From the NCBI GenBank assembly GCA_965206645.1, contig CBDBKE010000001.1, positions 312,930 through 376,929 of the forward strand: DNA of 64,000 nucleotides, read 5' to 3'. The stretch is from Terriglobia bacterium. GTDB taxonomy: Bacteria; Acidobacteriota; Terriglobia; JAJPHL01; JAPKYU01. The position numbers and the translations under genes were made by a program. Positions 51,145 through 61,983 of the stretch are shown here, in pieces; position 1 is the stretch's first letter, and each line of letters begins with the position of its first letter. The notes beneath the pieces are model-generated. The model had not been told where the DNA came from and did no database searches. It was given only the letters and a program-made list of their open reading frames with translations.

Positions 51145-52455
51145 CCAGACCGATTTTTTGTACCAACCGTAGTGAGAGTTCACATCGCAGCCTGGGGCTG
51201 TGAAACTGGTTTCAGTGGCAGGGGAGGGCTATAGGCCCCCGGCGCCGGGGGCCTATAGCCGAGCGCCGAGTGCGGCCGCACCGTGTTGTATTGCACCCTC
51301 CACTGTTCAATCACCACCTGTGCCTCCTTCAACGAGTAGAAGATCTCTCCATTCAGGCATTCGTCCCGCAGCTTCCAACTTGGCCACCGTCTCCACCCGG
51401 TCCTGCGAGGCGTTGGCCGCCACCCGCGTCGAGTCCATGGCATTGAAACTCTCGCAGTACCCGTTCTCCCAGGGACTGCCCGGTTCGATGTACAGTGTCC
51501 CGGTCCCTAGATTTGCCAACCACTGGCGCAGTTGTTTGGCGATGAACTCGGGACCGTTGTCGGATCGAATCTGTTCCGGTATCCCTCGCCACAACATCAC
51601 GTCCGACAACGCCTCAATGATTTGTTGGCTGCCCATCCTCCGCTCCACCCGGATCGCCAGGCATTCCCGCGTGTACTCATCCAGCAAGGTCAGCAGCCGC
51701 AGCGTTCTCCCCTCGTGCGTTCTGGCACTCATGAAGTCGTAGCTCCACACGTGGTTCGGTCGCTCCGGCCTCAGTCGTACACAGGAACCGTCGTTCAGCC
51801 ACAGCCGTCCTCGCGGCCTTTGTTTTTGCGGCACTTTCAGCCCTTCCCGCCGCCAAATCCGCTGCACCCGGTCCTTGCCCACTTCCCAGCCCGCACTCCG
51901 CAGCAACGCTGTGATCCTCCGGTAGCCATATCGCCCGTACTTCGCTCCCAGGGCAATGATCGCTCGGGTCAGAGCATCCTCGTCCACCCGATGAATCGGC
52001 TCGTATCGTTGTGTCCCTCGCCATTGCCCCAGCAGCCGGCAGGCATGCCGTTCCGACAACCCGTGTTGCTCCCACGCACGCTCCACCGCACAACGCCGCC
52101 GCTCAGGGCTCAGAAGTTTCCCTGTGCCACATCCCGCAGCACCTGCTTCTCCAGAGAAAGCTCCGCTACCAACCGCTTCAGCCGCGTGTTTTCCTTCTCC
52201 AACTCCTTTAGCCGTTTTGCCTGCACCACCTTCAGCCCGCCGTATTCCTTCCGCCACCGGTAGTAGGTTTGGGTGTGGATTCCAGCTTCTTTGCAGGCTT
52301 GGGGCGCAGTCTTCCCGTTCCCCATCTGCACTTCTATCTGCCGTAGCACCGCTACAATCTGCTCCGGCTTGTAACTCCTTGTCGGCATGACCTCACTTCC
52401 TCCTCAAGTGGATTCTCTCTCTTTCCACTTGGTACAAAAAGTGCCGGTCAGGTCA
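51142..52455 (-). mobile_element. IS3 family element, copy 4, inactivated by a 64-bp insertion (1314 bp)
   Basis: Matches the other copies except for 51377-51440, which frameshifts orfB after ESFN. Confidence 0.95.
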
Positions 52456-52496
52456 ATAGTCCCGCTCCGGCCCGCGCTGCCGCTGCCGGATATGGT

Positions 52497-52778
52497 TCAG
52501 ACCCTTCTCAACACTGCGGCGATCTCCTTGTAGTCCGCTGTGATGAGTACGTATTGCCTCGTCAAGATATCCACCTGCTTTTCGAGCTGCTGCACCTGCT
52601 CCTGCAAGGCGCTCAAGCGTTGCTCGGCTTGCCTCGCGAAGTCTTTGACCAACTGCCTGATATCCTTCATCCAGGCGTGCATAGATTCGGCGCTTTCGAG
52701 TTGTTGCTCCTGATCCGCTTCCCACAGCGCCGATAGCTCTTTCAAGGCGTCCATCAAGCGTTTCTCTAGCTCGGTCAT
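52497..52778 (-). CDS. MbeD/MobD-like mobilization protein
   Basis: MTELEKRLMDALKEL start, coiled coil, RBS AAGGAG. Confidence 0.75.
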   Translation of the reverse strand: MTELEKRLMDALKELSALWEADQEQQLESAESMHAWMKDIRQLVKDFARQAEQRLSALQEQVQQLEKQVDILTRQYVLITADYKEIAAVLRRV

Positions 52779-52787
52779 ATAGCTCCT

Positions 52788-53291
52788 TCACTCGCTGGAT
52801 AGCCTGATGGCAGGCTGCCCTTGCACGGTCCAGGGCCAATCCTCGAACGTTCCCTGAGGCAGAACCACGTGCCTCCCCCCGTCCTCCGCCTCGTGCAGCC
52901 ACACGCCCCACGTCTGCGCCCGTAGCTGATCCAGTGTCCGCTGTTCCCGCTCGATCTCCAGACGGATCGCGGGCCGCGCCTCGATGTGGCTCTCGACGCT
53001 GCTCGATAACCATTGCGTCAGCCCCCAGCTCCCGACGAAGATGCCCAGAAAGATTAACAGGCCGACCCCGATCGGGCGCGACCAGGCTTTGAGCGCTGCC
53101 GCGCTCAGCCGCTTGCTCCAGACTTTGGTATCTCTCTCGATGGTAAGCAGCTCGCGCTTTACGATGCGATTCAAGTTCTCGGAGAGCTTCTTCAGCTCGC
53201 TCTGGATCACCGCCTCGATTTGTTGTCGATCCTGCTCGGCCTTCTTCTGGAGGCGAGCTTGTAAGTCGCTCATGCTGGAAGTCTCGTTCAT
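52788..53291 (-). CDS. MbeB-like mobilization protein
   Basis: Coiled coil, one TM helix, TLDQLRAQTWGV...GRHVVLPQG; RBS AAGGAG. Confidence 0.75.
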   Translation of the reverse strand: MNETSSMSDLQARLQKKAEQDRQQIEAVIQSELKKLSENLNRIVKRELLTIERDTKVWSKRLSAAALKAWSRPIGVGLLIFLGIFVGSWGLTQWLSSSVESHIEARPAIRLEIEREQRTLDQLRAQTWGVWLHEAEDGGRHVVLPQGTFEDWPWTVQGQPAIRLSSE

Positions 53292-53446
53292 AGATCGCTC
53301 CTTTCAACCGCCAGCGCCCCCCCTCCTTGTGGGGCTCTGTCGGCGCATGAGAGAATCAGCCGTGCAGCGTAAACGAGAACGGGTTGGTTTCCAGGGAAGT
53401 TTCAGCAGACAGACACCGACATCCTAAGAATAGGCAGGGATTGTCC

Positions 53447-54562
53447 ATGTTCAACATCAGCAGACGCCGGTTTCTGGAGGCTGGTGGCTCGCTGGCCGCC
53501 ATGTCAGCCATGACTCAACCGGGGGCGGCAGCCGCCCCCTCTGCCCAGGCGGACATTAGTGGACTACCACGCGTCAAGCAGGAGCTTGTCGACCCGCCTT
53601 TCGTTCCTGAGCATGAGCAGGTCGCCGCCGCCGGGCCGAAGATTGTCGAGGTTGAGCTTATCGTCCACGAAGGCAAGCGAGTGATCGACGACGATGGGAC
53701 CGAAATCGACGATCTCATGTTCAATAACTCCATTCCGGGGCCGCTGATCATCTGCCACGAGAGGGACTATGTCGAGCTCACGCTGAAGAATCCGAAGGGC
53801 AATGTCTTCAAGCACAACATCGACTTTCATGCCTCAACTGGGGCGCTCGGCGGGGGCGCCCTGACGCACGTACAACCAGGCGAACAAGTCCTGCTCCGCT
53901 GGAAGGCGATCAAGCCGGGCACCTTCATCTATCACTGCGCACCGGGTGGATCAATGATTCCATATCATGTTGTTTCCGGCATGAATGGGGCCCTCATGGT
54001 GCTGCCAAGAGACGGCCTCAAGGACCGCGATGGCGGCCCCATCCGCTACGACAAGGCCTACTATGTCGGCGAGCAGGACTACTACATTCCCCGAAACTCC
54101 GACGGCAACTTCATGAAGTACAAAAGTCCCGCCGACGGCATCGCCGATGTCCTTAAGGTAATGCGCACGCTCACACCGTCCCATGTGGTGTTTAATGGCC
54201 GGGTCGGCGCGCTCACCGGCGATGGGGCGATGAAGGCCAAGGTTGGCGAGACCGTCCTGTTCATCCACTCCCAAGCCAACCGGGACTCTAGACCGCACCT
54301 TATCGGCGGACATGGTGACTACGTGTGGGAGCAGGGCTCATTCGCCGATCCCCCTGCCCACGGGCTTCAGACCTGGTTCATCCGTGGCGGCTCCGCTGGT
54401 GCGGCAATCTACACCTTCAGGCAGCCGGGCGTCTATGCGTACCTCACCCACAACCTGATCGAGGCGGTAGAGTTGGGCGCCCTGGCCCATGTAGTGGTCG
54501 ATGGCGAATGGGACGATGACTTGATGACGCAGGTTCAGGCCCCGGCGCCGATCCCTGAGTAA
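53447..54562 (+). CDS. nirK: Copper-containing nitrite reductase, Tat-exported
   Basis: SRRRFL Tat motif; HNIDFH, YHCAP, HVVSGM and PHLIGGHGD motifs. Confidence 0.95.
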   Translation: MFNISRRRFLEAGGSLAAMSAMTQPGAAAAPSAQADISGLPRVKQELVDPPFVPEHEQVAAAGPKIVEVELIVHEGKRVIDDDGTEIDDLMFNNSIPGPLIICHERDYVELTLKNPKGNVFKHNIDFHASTGALGGGALTHVQPGEQVLLRWKAIKPGTFIYHCAPGGSMIPYHVVSGMNGALMVLPRDGLKDRDGGPIRYDKAYYVGEQDYYIPRNSDGNFMKYKSPADGIADVLKVMRTLTPSHVVFNGRVGALTGDGAMKAKVGETVLFIHSQANRDSRPHLIGGHGDYVWEQGSFADPPAHGLQTWFIRGGSAGAAIYTFRQPGVYAYLTHNLIEAVELGALAHVVVDGEWDDDLMTQVQAPAPIPE

Positions 54563-54725
54563 GCCTCACTGGCGTCCTGGGGTTACCCTTGGGAATCCGG
54601 GGGCAACCGCGTTACCATTTCACCCGCTTCTGGTCCTACTGGTGAACTATGCGGATTAGCCCTAATTCTTGTCATACCAACAAGATCGCTGGGCTCGTTC
54701 CCCGGTTTGGAATATGCTGTCCCGC

Positions 54726-55108
54726 ATGTCTCAAACAGCACCTCACAAGCCCTATGTTTCCCCGACGACGAACCTTGCCGAAATCACCCTGAAGTCGTTT
54801 TTTCTGGGCGACTTTCTGGCAGTGATCCTGGGTGCGGCCAATATGTATCTGGGCCTGTTCGCCGGGTTTACGGTATCGGCCGCCGTCATCGCGATGGCCA
54901 TACTGCGAGCATTTCGCAATTCGAACATTCTTTGAGCACAACATCGTCCAAACCGCGGCTTCGGCCGGCGAAAGCGTGGCAGCTGGCGCGATTTTCACAA
55001 TTCCGGCGCTGGTGATCCTGGGCGTGTGGACCGAGTTCGACTACTGAGAAACCACCATGATCGCCGGATTCGGTGGCATCCTCGGCGTCCTATTTCCCAT
55101 CCCTCTAA
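54726..55108 (+). pseudogene. N-terminal remnant of an OPT-family oligopeptide transporter
   Basis: EITLKSFFLG...[17 protein letters not shown]...[25 protein letters not shown]; frameshift near 54930 and TGA at 55045. Confidence 0.85.
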
Positions 55109-55997
55109 GGCCGCTGTTGCCCATGTACGGCAGCGAATTGGCCCTGCGATGAAGTGAGACGCGGCCTCTTGGAACCGGCGCCAGCCACGAAACAGTTTCA
55201 TCCACATCACAATGAAGGTGAACAGCCGACTTCAGCCCGTCTTGCTGCCGCCGGGGGCAGCAGGGCCGATGCGACTCAAAATTATCTGTACCGCCTGTGG
55301 CTGCCGCTACGCGGTTATTGGAGCAGCATTTTTCTGGCCGGCCTGCGGCCACAACGCTGTCGACTTGATGTGCAGCCAGGCCGTCAGCAGCATCCGCAGC
55401 GCTCTTGACTCCCTTCCGGAAGTCCGCGCTGCTATCCCCGACCGGGACACGGCGGAGATCATCGTTCCTCTTATCGCAGAGAACGGCCTTCAAAGTGCCG
55501 GCACCGCATTCCAGCGTTATGCGGAGGTCTTGTATACCCGTTACTCGTCATTGCCGCCACTGCGTCGCAACGCTTTTCAGAACCTCAGAGATGGCAGCGA
55601 CCTCTGGTTTGCGGCCTCGGGCAAGCACTATGGCAATTATCTCGCCACCGCCGACATCGCTTCCCTTACGCACTTTTTCCAACAGCGTCATCTTCTCGCT
55701 CACACACAGGGCCGGCTTAACCCGCTTGAACACTTTCGCCCCAATCCGGCGTTTATCCGCGTAATGCATCACGTCATCAAAACATTTGGTCCCGATGATC
55801 CAGCACTGCAAGAGGCAGCTTCACAGCAGCAGGAGGGCTGGTTGTATATCATTGATCTGCGGACGCCCGAAGGCCCTGAGGCTGAGAAGTTATTCCCCGC
55901 CATTGATCTGGAAGGGATCGAGCCTGTGGAGGCGGTGGCCTGGCTCGGGGTGTGCCAATTCCTGCTGAATTTGGATGAATTCATCACCAGGAGTTAA
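55109..55997 (+). pseudogene. Chimeric ORF: Zn-ribbon/HEPN-like fragment, unrelated fragment, PSD1 (DUF1553) C-terminus
   Basis: CTACGC...PACGH and QQRHLLAH, then GWLYIIDLRTPEGP, then AWLGVCQFLLNLDEFITR*. Confidence 0.6.
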
Positions 55998-56058
55998 TCA
56001 CTCCTAGTGATCGAGCCGGCCTAACATTCCGGGGGGTCCAGCAAGCACCTGGCAACGG

Positions 56059-58275
56059 TTACTGATATCTTTCTGCCTTTGCCATCTGCCGGGCCATGTT
56101 TCGGATCTCCAGCAGGTCCGTCTTTCCTGTTACGAGAGTTGGGATCGTCTCGATGCAAAAAAGGTCATGTCGCTTGGGAATCCATAGCTTCGGCAAGTCA
56201 GACCGGCAGAGCCGATCCCAGAGCTCGCTCGGGGCGACGTCCTTGTTGCTATAAAAGGCCATCAGACGTTCGCCCTTCTGTTCAGCGGTAATCGAGGTAA
56301 CGGCACAGGGAAGGCCGTCGATCATCTCGCTAATCCTCTCCTCAACCTTCAGATGAGGAACCATTTCACCGGCAATCTTGCTGAATCTCACCGCCCGGTC
56401 CGTGATCCGGATGAAACCATCCTCGTCGATGCAGGAGATATCTCCCGTAACATACCAGCCGTTTCTCAGAACCTCCGCCGTCTTTTCGAGTTGACCCAGG
56501 TAGCCCATCATTCGGTTGGGACCCTTGACGAGCAGCATTCCTTCCTTGTTGGCGGGTAGGGGTTCACCGGTTTCGAGATCCACTACTTTGGCGACAACGC
56601 CGGGAATGGGATGCCCCACCGTGCCCATCTTCAGACCCGTCTGGCGCACGCCTCCGTCAGCGACGTTCGGAACGTTCACAGAGATAATTGGAGCCATCTC
56701 CGTGCAACCGTAGCCTTCCAAGAGATCGAGATGAAATGTTTCCTTGAAGCGCTCGGCCAGTGACTGCTGAAGCTTTTCGGAGCCGACGATGGCATAGCGT
56801 AACGTGGCGAATTCTTCGGCTGTGCATCTGCGAAGGTACCCGGCGGTGAACGTTGGCGCCGAGACCAAGATCGTGGCCCGGTATCTAGAAACCATCTCTC
56901 CGATGGTCTTGGCATCTAAGGGATTGGTGTGATACGCGACACCAATGCCAGCCAGAAGCGGAAACCAGAGGGTCCCCGTAAATCCAAAGGAGTGGAAAAA
57001 CGGAAGAACGCCCATAATGCGATCTGTTGCGGTGACCCAGAAGACTTGCTCGATTCCCTCAATATTTGACAGGACGTTGTGGTGAGACAGCATCACACCC
57101 TTAGGGATGCCTGTGCTCCCACTGGAAAAGATGACGGCAGCCAGCGAGTGCGGGCGGACTGGTTCACGAGCGTACCAAAACCGGAGAACCCGTGACGGGA
57201 GCACAAAGGCAGACAGGGAAACCAGTGCCTTCTGCCAAAAGGTGATCTGCGGCAACACCTCTTCGAGGAATACCATCCCTTCGATCTCCTCTAGTTTCGC
57301 TCTGGCGAGGAACCGGCGGGAGGTCAAGAGGGTCCGGATCCCGCACTGCTCGATAGCCGTGGCCATAGCCGTCGGCCCTGCGGTGAAGTTGAGGTTGACC
57401 GGTACCTTTCCCGCCAGGAGTACCGCGATGTTCGCCAGCGCCCCCCCGACCGAGGACGGGAGGAGGAGTCCCACCATGGATTCTCTCGGGCGATGTTTTC
57501 GGATCCAGCGGGACAACAATAGCGAGGCCACCAGCGCCCGCCCGTAGGTGAGCTGCTTACCGGTGGAGTCCGCCATGGAAAAGGAGAACCAGTGGCGCTT
57601 GGCTACATTGAGGAAGCGCAGGTGCAACAGGTCCCCCGGAGTTCGGCGGTATTCGACCGCCTCCCTCCCCAACTCCAGGACCGCCTGCCGCACCTGCGGC
57701 GCTTCCGCTGTCGAAGGTAAAGGCTGTCCAAAGGAGACCGTGACCGGATATGGAATTCGTCCGGGCCATTTCCAGAAGAACCGGCCGCCTCGGAAACTGA
57801 AGATGGTTTCCCAGAGTCGGTCCAGGTGTAGGGGGATCACGGGGATGTCCAACCCCTCAGCAATCTTCTCAAAGCCTTTACGGAAGGGAAGCAGATTTCC
57901 CGTTCGGCTCATCTCCCCTTCCGGAAAGACGCAAACCAGGTGGCCTTGACGAAGCTCTTCTCGGGCTCGCGCAACGGATTCGACCGCTTCCCTCGGACCG
58001 CCGCCTCCGGCTGGGAGGACCTGGACCGTGCGAAACAGCCAATGCAGAGTCCTGCTCTTGTAATGAGGCCTGCTCACTAGAAACCGGGTGAATCTCGGGA
58101 CGCAGATCCCCACCAAAAATTCATCCGCGTAGGAAATGTGGTTGCAGATGAAAAGAGCCGGACCGGTCAGGGGGATGTTCTCCCGTCCGACGATCCGGAC
58201 GCGTAAGACGGTGCGAGTGAGCAACCAAATGACGGATCGCAACAGCCGATAAGACAAGCCCATTAGGACCTCCAC
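56059..58275 (-). CDS. aas: Acyltransferase/acyl-ACP synthetase (Aas-like, no MFS domain)
   Basis: NHISYAD, FPEG, FSSGSTGIPKG, EGYGCTE and WYVTGD motifs. Confidence 0.88.
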   Translation of the reverse strand: MEVLMGLSYRLLRSVIWLLTRTVLRVRIVGRENIPLTGPALFICNHISYADEFLVGICVPRFTRFLVSRPHYKSRTLHWLFRTVQVLPAGGGGPREAVESVARAREELRQGHLVCVFPEGEMSRTGNLLPFRKGFEKIAEGLDIPVIPLHLDRLWETIFSFRGGRFFWKWPGRIPYPVTVSFGQPLPSTAEAPQVRQAVLELGREAVEYRRTPGDLLHLRFLNVAKRHWFSFSMADSTGKQLTYGRALVASLLLSRWIRKHRPRESMVGLLLPSSVGGALANIAVLLAGKVPVNLNFTAGPTAMATAIEQCGIRTLLTSRRFLARAKLEEIEGMVFLEEVLPQITFWQKALVSLSAFVLPSRVLRFWYAREPVRPHSLAAVIFSSGSTGIPKGVMLSHHNVLSNIEGIEQVFWVTATDRIMGVLPFFHSFGFTGTLWFPLLAGIGVAYHTNPLDAKTIGEMVSRYRATILVSAPTFTAGYLRRCTAEEFATLRYAIVGSEKLQQSLAERFKETFHLDLLEGYGCTEMAPIISVNVPNVADGGVRQTGLKMGTVGHPIPGVVAKVVDLETGEPLPANKEGMLLVKGPNRMMGYLGQLEKTAEVLRNGWYVTGDISCIDEDGFIRITDRAVRFSKIAGEMVPHLKVEERISEMIDGLPCAVTSITAEQKGERLMAFYSNKDVAPSELWDRLCRSDLPKLWIPKRHDLFCIETIPTLVTGKTDLLEIRNMARQMAKAERYQ

Positions 58276-58279
58276 TGCA

Positions 58280-58796
58280 AGCAGGCGAAAATCCTCGGTC
58301 CCACTCCTGGCCAGACCCCTGGGGCTAGGGCCTCAGTTCGGCCAACATCTGCCGGACTGAGGACTCTAGCGAGATCGTGACCTCCTGAAGCACACCTCGC
58401 TTGTCAGTTTGATAACGCGGGAAGTAGTTTGCCAGGTTTATCGGCTCCCCTATTTTCACCAGTGCCCTCCTTGGCCCCAGATTTTTCTCCGCTTGAACAC
58501 TTCTAGCTCCAGCAGTCCGAGCAGGTCTAAAAACCGCTCGGATGTGGGCATCTCCTTAACCTAGCCGTCATGAACTGCAATAAAGCGCAGCACTCGCCAG
58601 AGATCGTCATAGAGTCCGTGCGCCTGCTGCTGGCGCTGTTGGTGCAGCTGCTGTTCATACTCGGACCCTTCCGATTGGCTGAAGACAATCCGCTCTACCG
58701 TGTTGAGCAGGACGCGGATACGCTCGAGCATCGGTTGCTCAGGACGCGAGGGGAGGCCGAGCGCCGTTTCGATCCGGGAGACAATCAGTTCCTTAA
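58280..58796 (-). pseudogene. C-terminal remnant of a glycerol-phosphate acyltransferase-like protein, cut by IS1380
   Basis: LWRVLRFIAVHDG*VKEMPTSERFLDLLGLLELEVF; lies upstream of aas. Confidence 0.5.
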
Positions 58797-60456
58797 CCGG
58801 AATTTTCTTTTTGGCCTTCCGGTGATTGAAAATATACACGCATCTGCGTCCCAGCGTGATGCGGGTTCCAGCATCAACATTGCCTTCCGGAGGTGTACAC
58901 CGAATGGGTGAGAGCCAAAAACAGGCGTTTCAACTGTCATTCAACCGGTTTCTGCGGGTCACATTTCAGGGATCGCGAATCACTTCCGACGGCGGTCTGA
59001 TTGTGGTGCGCGAGTTGGACGAACGTTTGGGGTTCGGCGAACTTATCGAACAGCACTTGATCGACTCTCGGGGGAAGAACACCCGGTTGCCCCTCGCTGA
59101 CTTGCTGCGGCAGTCCATCTACAGCCGCTTGGCAGGATACGAAGACGTCAACGACGCCGAGCGGCTTTCCCAAGATCCGACGTTCCGGCTGATCGGTTCG
59201 GAGAAGATCTGGGAACGTGGCGCAGCCCTGACTTCCCGGTTACAGTCGTTCGAGACAGAACTGCTGACGCAAGACGAGAACCTTGCTGGTTTGGCAGCGA
59301 TCAACCGGGATTTGATCGCCAGGGCGGAAGCTATGGATGCGCCGCGCCGGGTGGTGCTGGACATGGACAGCACCGAGATCCCGGTCTACGGCGAACAGGA
59401 GCAGAGCGCCTACAACGGGCATTTCGAGTCGAGTTGCTATCACCCGTTGTTGCTGTTCAGTCGCGAGGGTGACTGTCTGGCGGCCAAGCTGCGACCCGGC
59501 AACGTGCACAGCGCCGAGGATTGGGAAGAACTTCTCCTGCCAGAGATCGAACGGCAGCAGAAGCTGGGCAAGGAAGTGGTGTTTCGCGCCGACGCCGCCT
59601 TCGCCAAGCCGGAGATCTACGACGCACTGGAGGAGCGGGACGTGAAGTATGCGATTCGCATCCCGGCCAACGACAGTCTGGAGAGGGACATCGCGGAGTT
59701 GTTGACGCGGCCAGTGGGGCGACCGAGCCACAAGCCGGTGGTCTGGTACAAGAGCTTTCTCTACCAGGCAGCCAGTTGGAAAAAGGCGCGGCGGGTGGTG
59801 GCGAAGGTGGAGTTCCACTTTGGCGAACTGTTCCCTCGCGTGGGGTTCATCGTCACCAATCTGGAGACCGACAGCCGGGCGGTGGTCCGGTTCTACAACA
59901 AGCGGGGCACCGCAGAGCAATGGATCAAGGAAGGCAAGCAGGCGGTAAAGATGACCCGGCTGAGTTGCCATCGGTTTCGGTCGAACGAGGTGCGCCTATG
60001 GCTGAGCCTGATCGCCTACAACTTGGGAAACCTGTGGCGGCGGCTGGTGCTACCGAAGAGGATCAACAACTGGTCGCTGACGAGTTTGCAGCAGCGGCTG
60101 GTGAAAACGGGCGGACGGCTGGTGAAACATGCGCGATATTACTGGCTTTTGCTGGCCGAAGGGCACTTGAGCCGGAGGCTGTTCAGCAGCATGCTGCGAA
60201 CGATCTCGGCACTGCCGCTGCCAGACGGCTAGCGACCCAGGAGAGAGGGTAATTTTAGGTGCTCAGAAGTGGTCGGGCCGGACAAGTGTCAGCGGCGAGG
60301 CAGGCTGGGCAGGCGAAACCCGCACAGCGACTCCGAAGAACAGCCAAAATGTGCCGCACTACCACCTCAAAGAGGCCCGGGCGATTTGCGATTGACACGA
60401 CAGGGTAAGAGGCATAGGTTTTCGGGTGAAGGTGAAGCTCAAAATGGAAATTCCGG
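58797..60456 (+). mobile_element. IS1380 family element (1660 bp); transposase 58904-60232
   Basis: Ends CCGGAATTT / AAATTCCGG; ITSDGGL, LDMDST, FRADAAF and YNKRGTAEQWIKEGK motifs; flanks TTAA/TTGA. Confidence 0.95.
60392..60420 (+). promoter_or_regulatory. Outward-facing promoter in the IS1380 right end
   Basis: TTGACA, 17-nt spacer, TAGGTT. Confidence 0.5.
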
Positions 60457-60501
60457 TTGACAGCCCCTAACATGATGTAAACTCTGGAGGAGAACACCCC
60501 G

Positions 60502-61950
60502 ATGGACTGGCAAGAGCTCAAGTCCCTCCAAAGTCGCCGAAGCTTCTTGCGCGATACGGCTGCGGGATTAGGGACAGTTGCTTTCTGGCACCTGTTGCAG
60601 GCCGAAGGCCTTGCGGGTGACGCTACCCAAACGTCGAAAAAGATTAACCCGCTTGCTCCCAAGTCCCCCCATTTCCCTGCAAAGGTAAAAAACGTTATCT
60701 TCCTGTACATGGACGGTGGGCCGAGTCAAGTTGATCTGTTTGATCCCAAGGCAGAGATGAAGAAATGGGAGGGCCAGTCTCTGCCGCCTTCTATGACCAA
60801 GGACTTGAGATTGGCCTTTATCAAGCCGACGGCCAAGGTTTGGGCGAGCCCGCGCTCGTTCCGGCGCTACGGGCAAAGCGGCATCGAGTTTTCCGATTGG
60901 CTGCCGCACATTGCGAGCCGGGCCGACGACATCTGCATGATCCGGTCGATGTACACGGAGCAGTTCAACCACCACCCGGCCCAGTTAATGCTGCAGTGCG
61001 GGACGCCGCTGGTGGGGCGCCCCTCGATGGGCGCGTGGGCTCTCTACGGTCTGGGAAGCGAGTCGGAGAGCTTACCGGGTTTTGTCGTGCTCCGCTCTGG
61101 AGGCACCTCTCCAGGGGCAGGCACTGGGAACTGGTCCAGCGGATTTCTCTCGTCCACTTACCAAGGGGTCACTTTCCGGAACACGGGTGACCCTGTCCTC
61201 TATCTGTCGGATCCGCCCGGAGTCAACCGGGAAATGCAGCGTTCCACTCTGGACGCTCTCCGGGATCTCAATGAGATCAACCGTGCTAAGACTGGAGACG
61301 TTGAGATCGCCTCGCGCATCGCCTCCTACGAGCTGGCGTTCCGAATGCAGATGGCCGCTCCAGAATTAATGGATCTCTCCAAGGAGTCGGCGAGCACGCT
61401 GGAGATGTACGGCGTGGATAAAAAACCGACCAAGACCTTCGGCACCAACTGTCTACTGGCCCGAAGGATGATCGAGCGCGGCGTGCGCTTTGTGCAGTTG
61501 ATGCACGGGAGCTGGGACGACCATAGCAGACTTCTGGAAAACCTGAAGGAGAACTGCGAGATCGTCGACCAGCCTACCGCAGCACTGCTGAAGGATCTGA
61601 AGCAGCGCGGTCTGCTCGACTCCACGCTGGTCATTTGGGGAGGGGAGTTTGGGCGCACTCCTATGGTGCAGATCAACGACCCGGACAAGGGCGGCGAGGG
61701 ACGAGACCACCACCCGTTTGCCTTCTGCATCTGGATGGCGGGGGGAGGCATTAGGAGCGGGCAGGTCGTCGGGCAAACGGACGACTTGGGCCTGCGGATC
61801 GTAGAAGACAAGATTCACATCCACGACCTGCATGCCACCCTCCTGCACTTACTGGGACTCGACCACAAGCGGCTCACTTATCGCCACATGGCGCGCGACT
61901 TCCGGCTCACCGATGTCGCAGGCGAAGTAGTGCAGAAGTTGCTGGCATAG
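60502..61950 (+). CDS. DUF1501 domain protein (Tat-like signal)
   Basis: SRRSFL, GGPSQVDLFDPK, GEFGRTP, GRDHH and RDFRLTDV motifs. Confidence 0.92.
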   Translation: MDWQELKSLQSRRSFLRDTAAGLGTVAFWHLLQAEGLAGDATQTSKKINPLAPKSPHFPAKVKNVIFLYMDGGPSQVDLFDPKAEMKKWEGQSLPPSMTKDLRLAFIKPTAKVWASPRSFRRYGQSGIEFSDWLPHIASRADDICMIRSMYTEQFNHHPAQLMLQCGTPLVGRPSMGAWALYGLGSESESLPGFVVLRSGGTSPGAGTGNWSSGFLSSTYQGVTFRNTGDPVLYLSDPPGVNREMQRSTLDALRDLNEINRAKTGDVEIASRIASYELAFRMQMAAPELMDLSKESASTLEMYGVDKKPTKTFGTNCLLARRMIERGVRFVQLMHGSWDDHSRLLENLKENCEIVDQPTAALLKDLKQRGLLDSTLVIWGGEFGRTPMVQINDPDKGGEGRDHHPFAFCIWMAGGGIRSGQVVGQTDDLGLRIVEDKIHIHDLHATLLHLLGLDHKRLTYRHMARDFRLTDVAGEVVQKLLA

Positions 61951-61983
61951 GAGACCGCAGTTTTTCTCTTGGAGTTGATTTCC

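Larger units (their letters stand above)
52453..53345 (-). pseudogene. C-terminal half of a ColE1-type relaxase (MbeA/MobA)
   Basis: RWRLKGAIYERDF motif; frame stays open across mbeB/mbeD-like genes; N-terminal relaxase domain absent. Confidence 0.65.

Noticed and set aside
60457-60483. TTGACA...TAAACT promoter just outside IS1380
   Set aside because: The spacer is only 15 nt.
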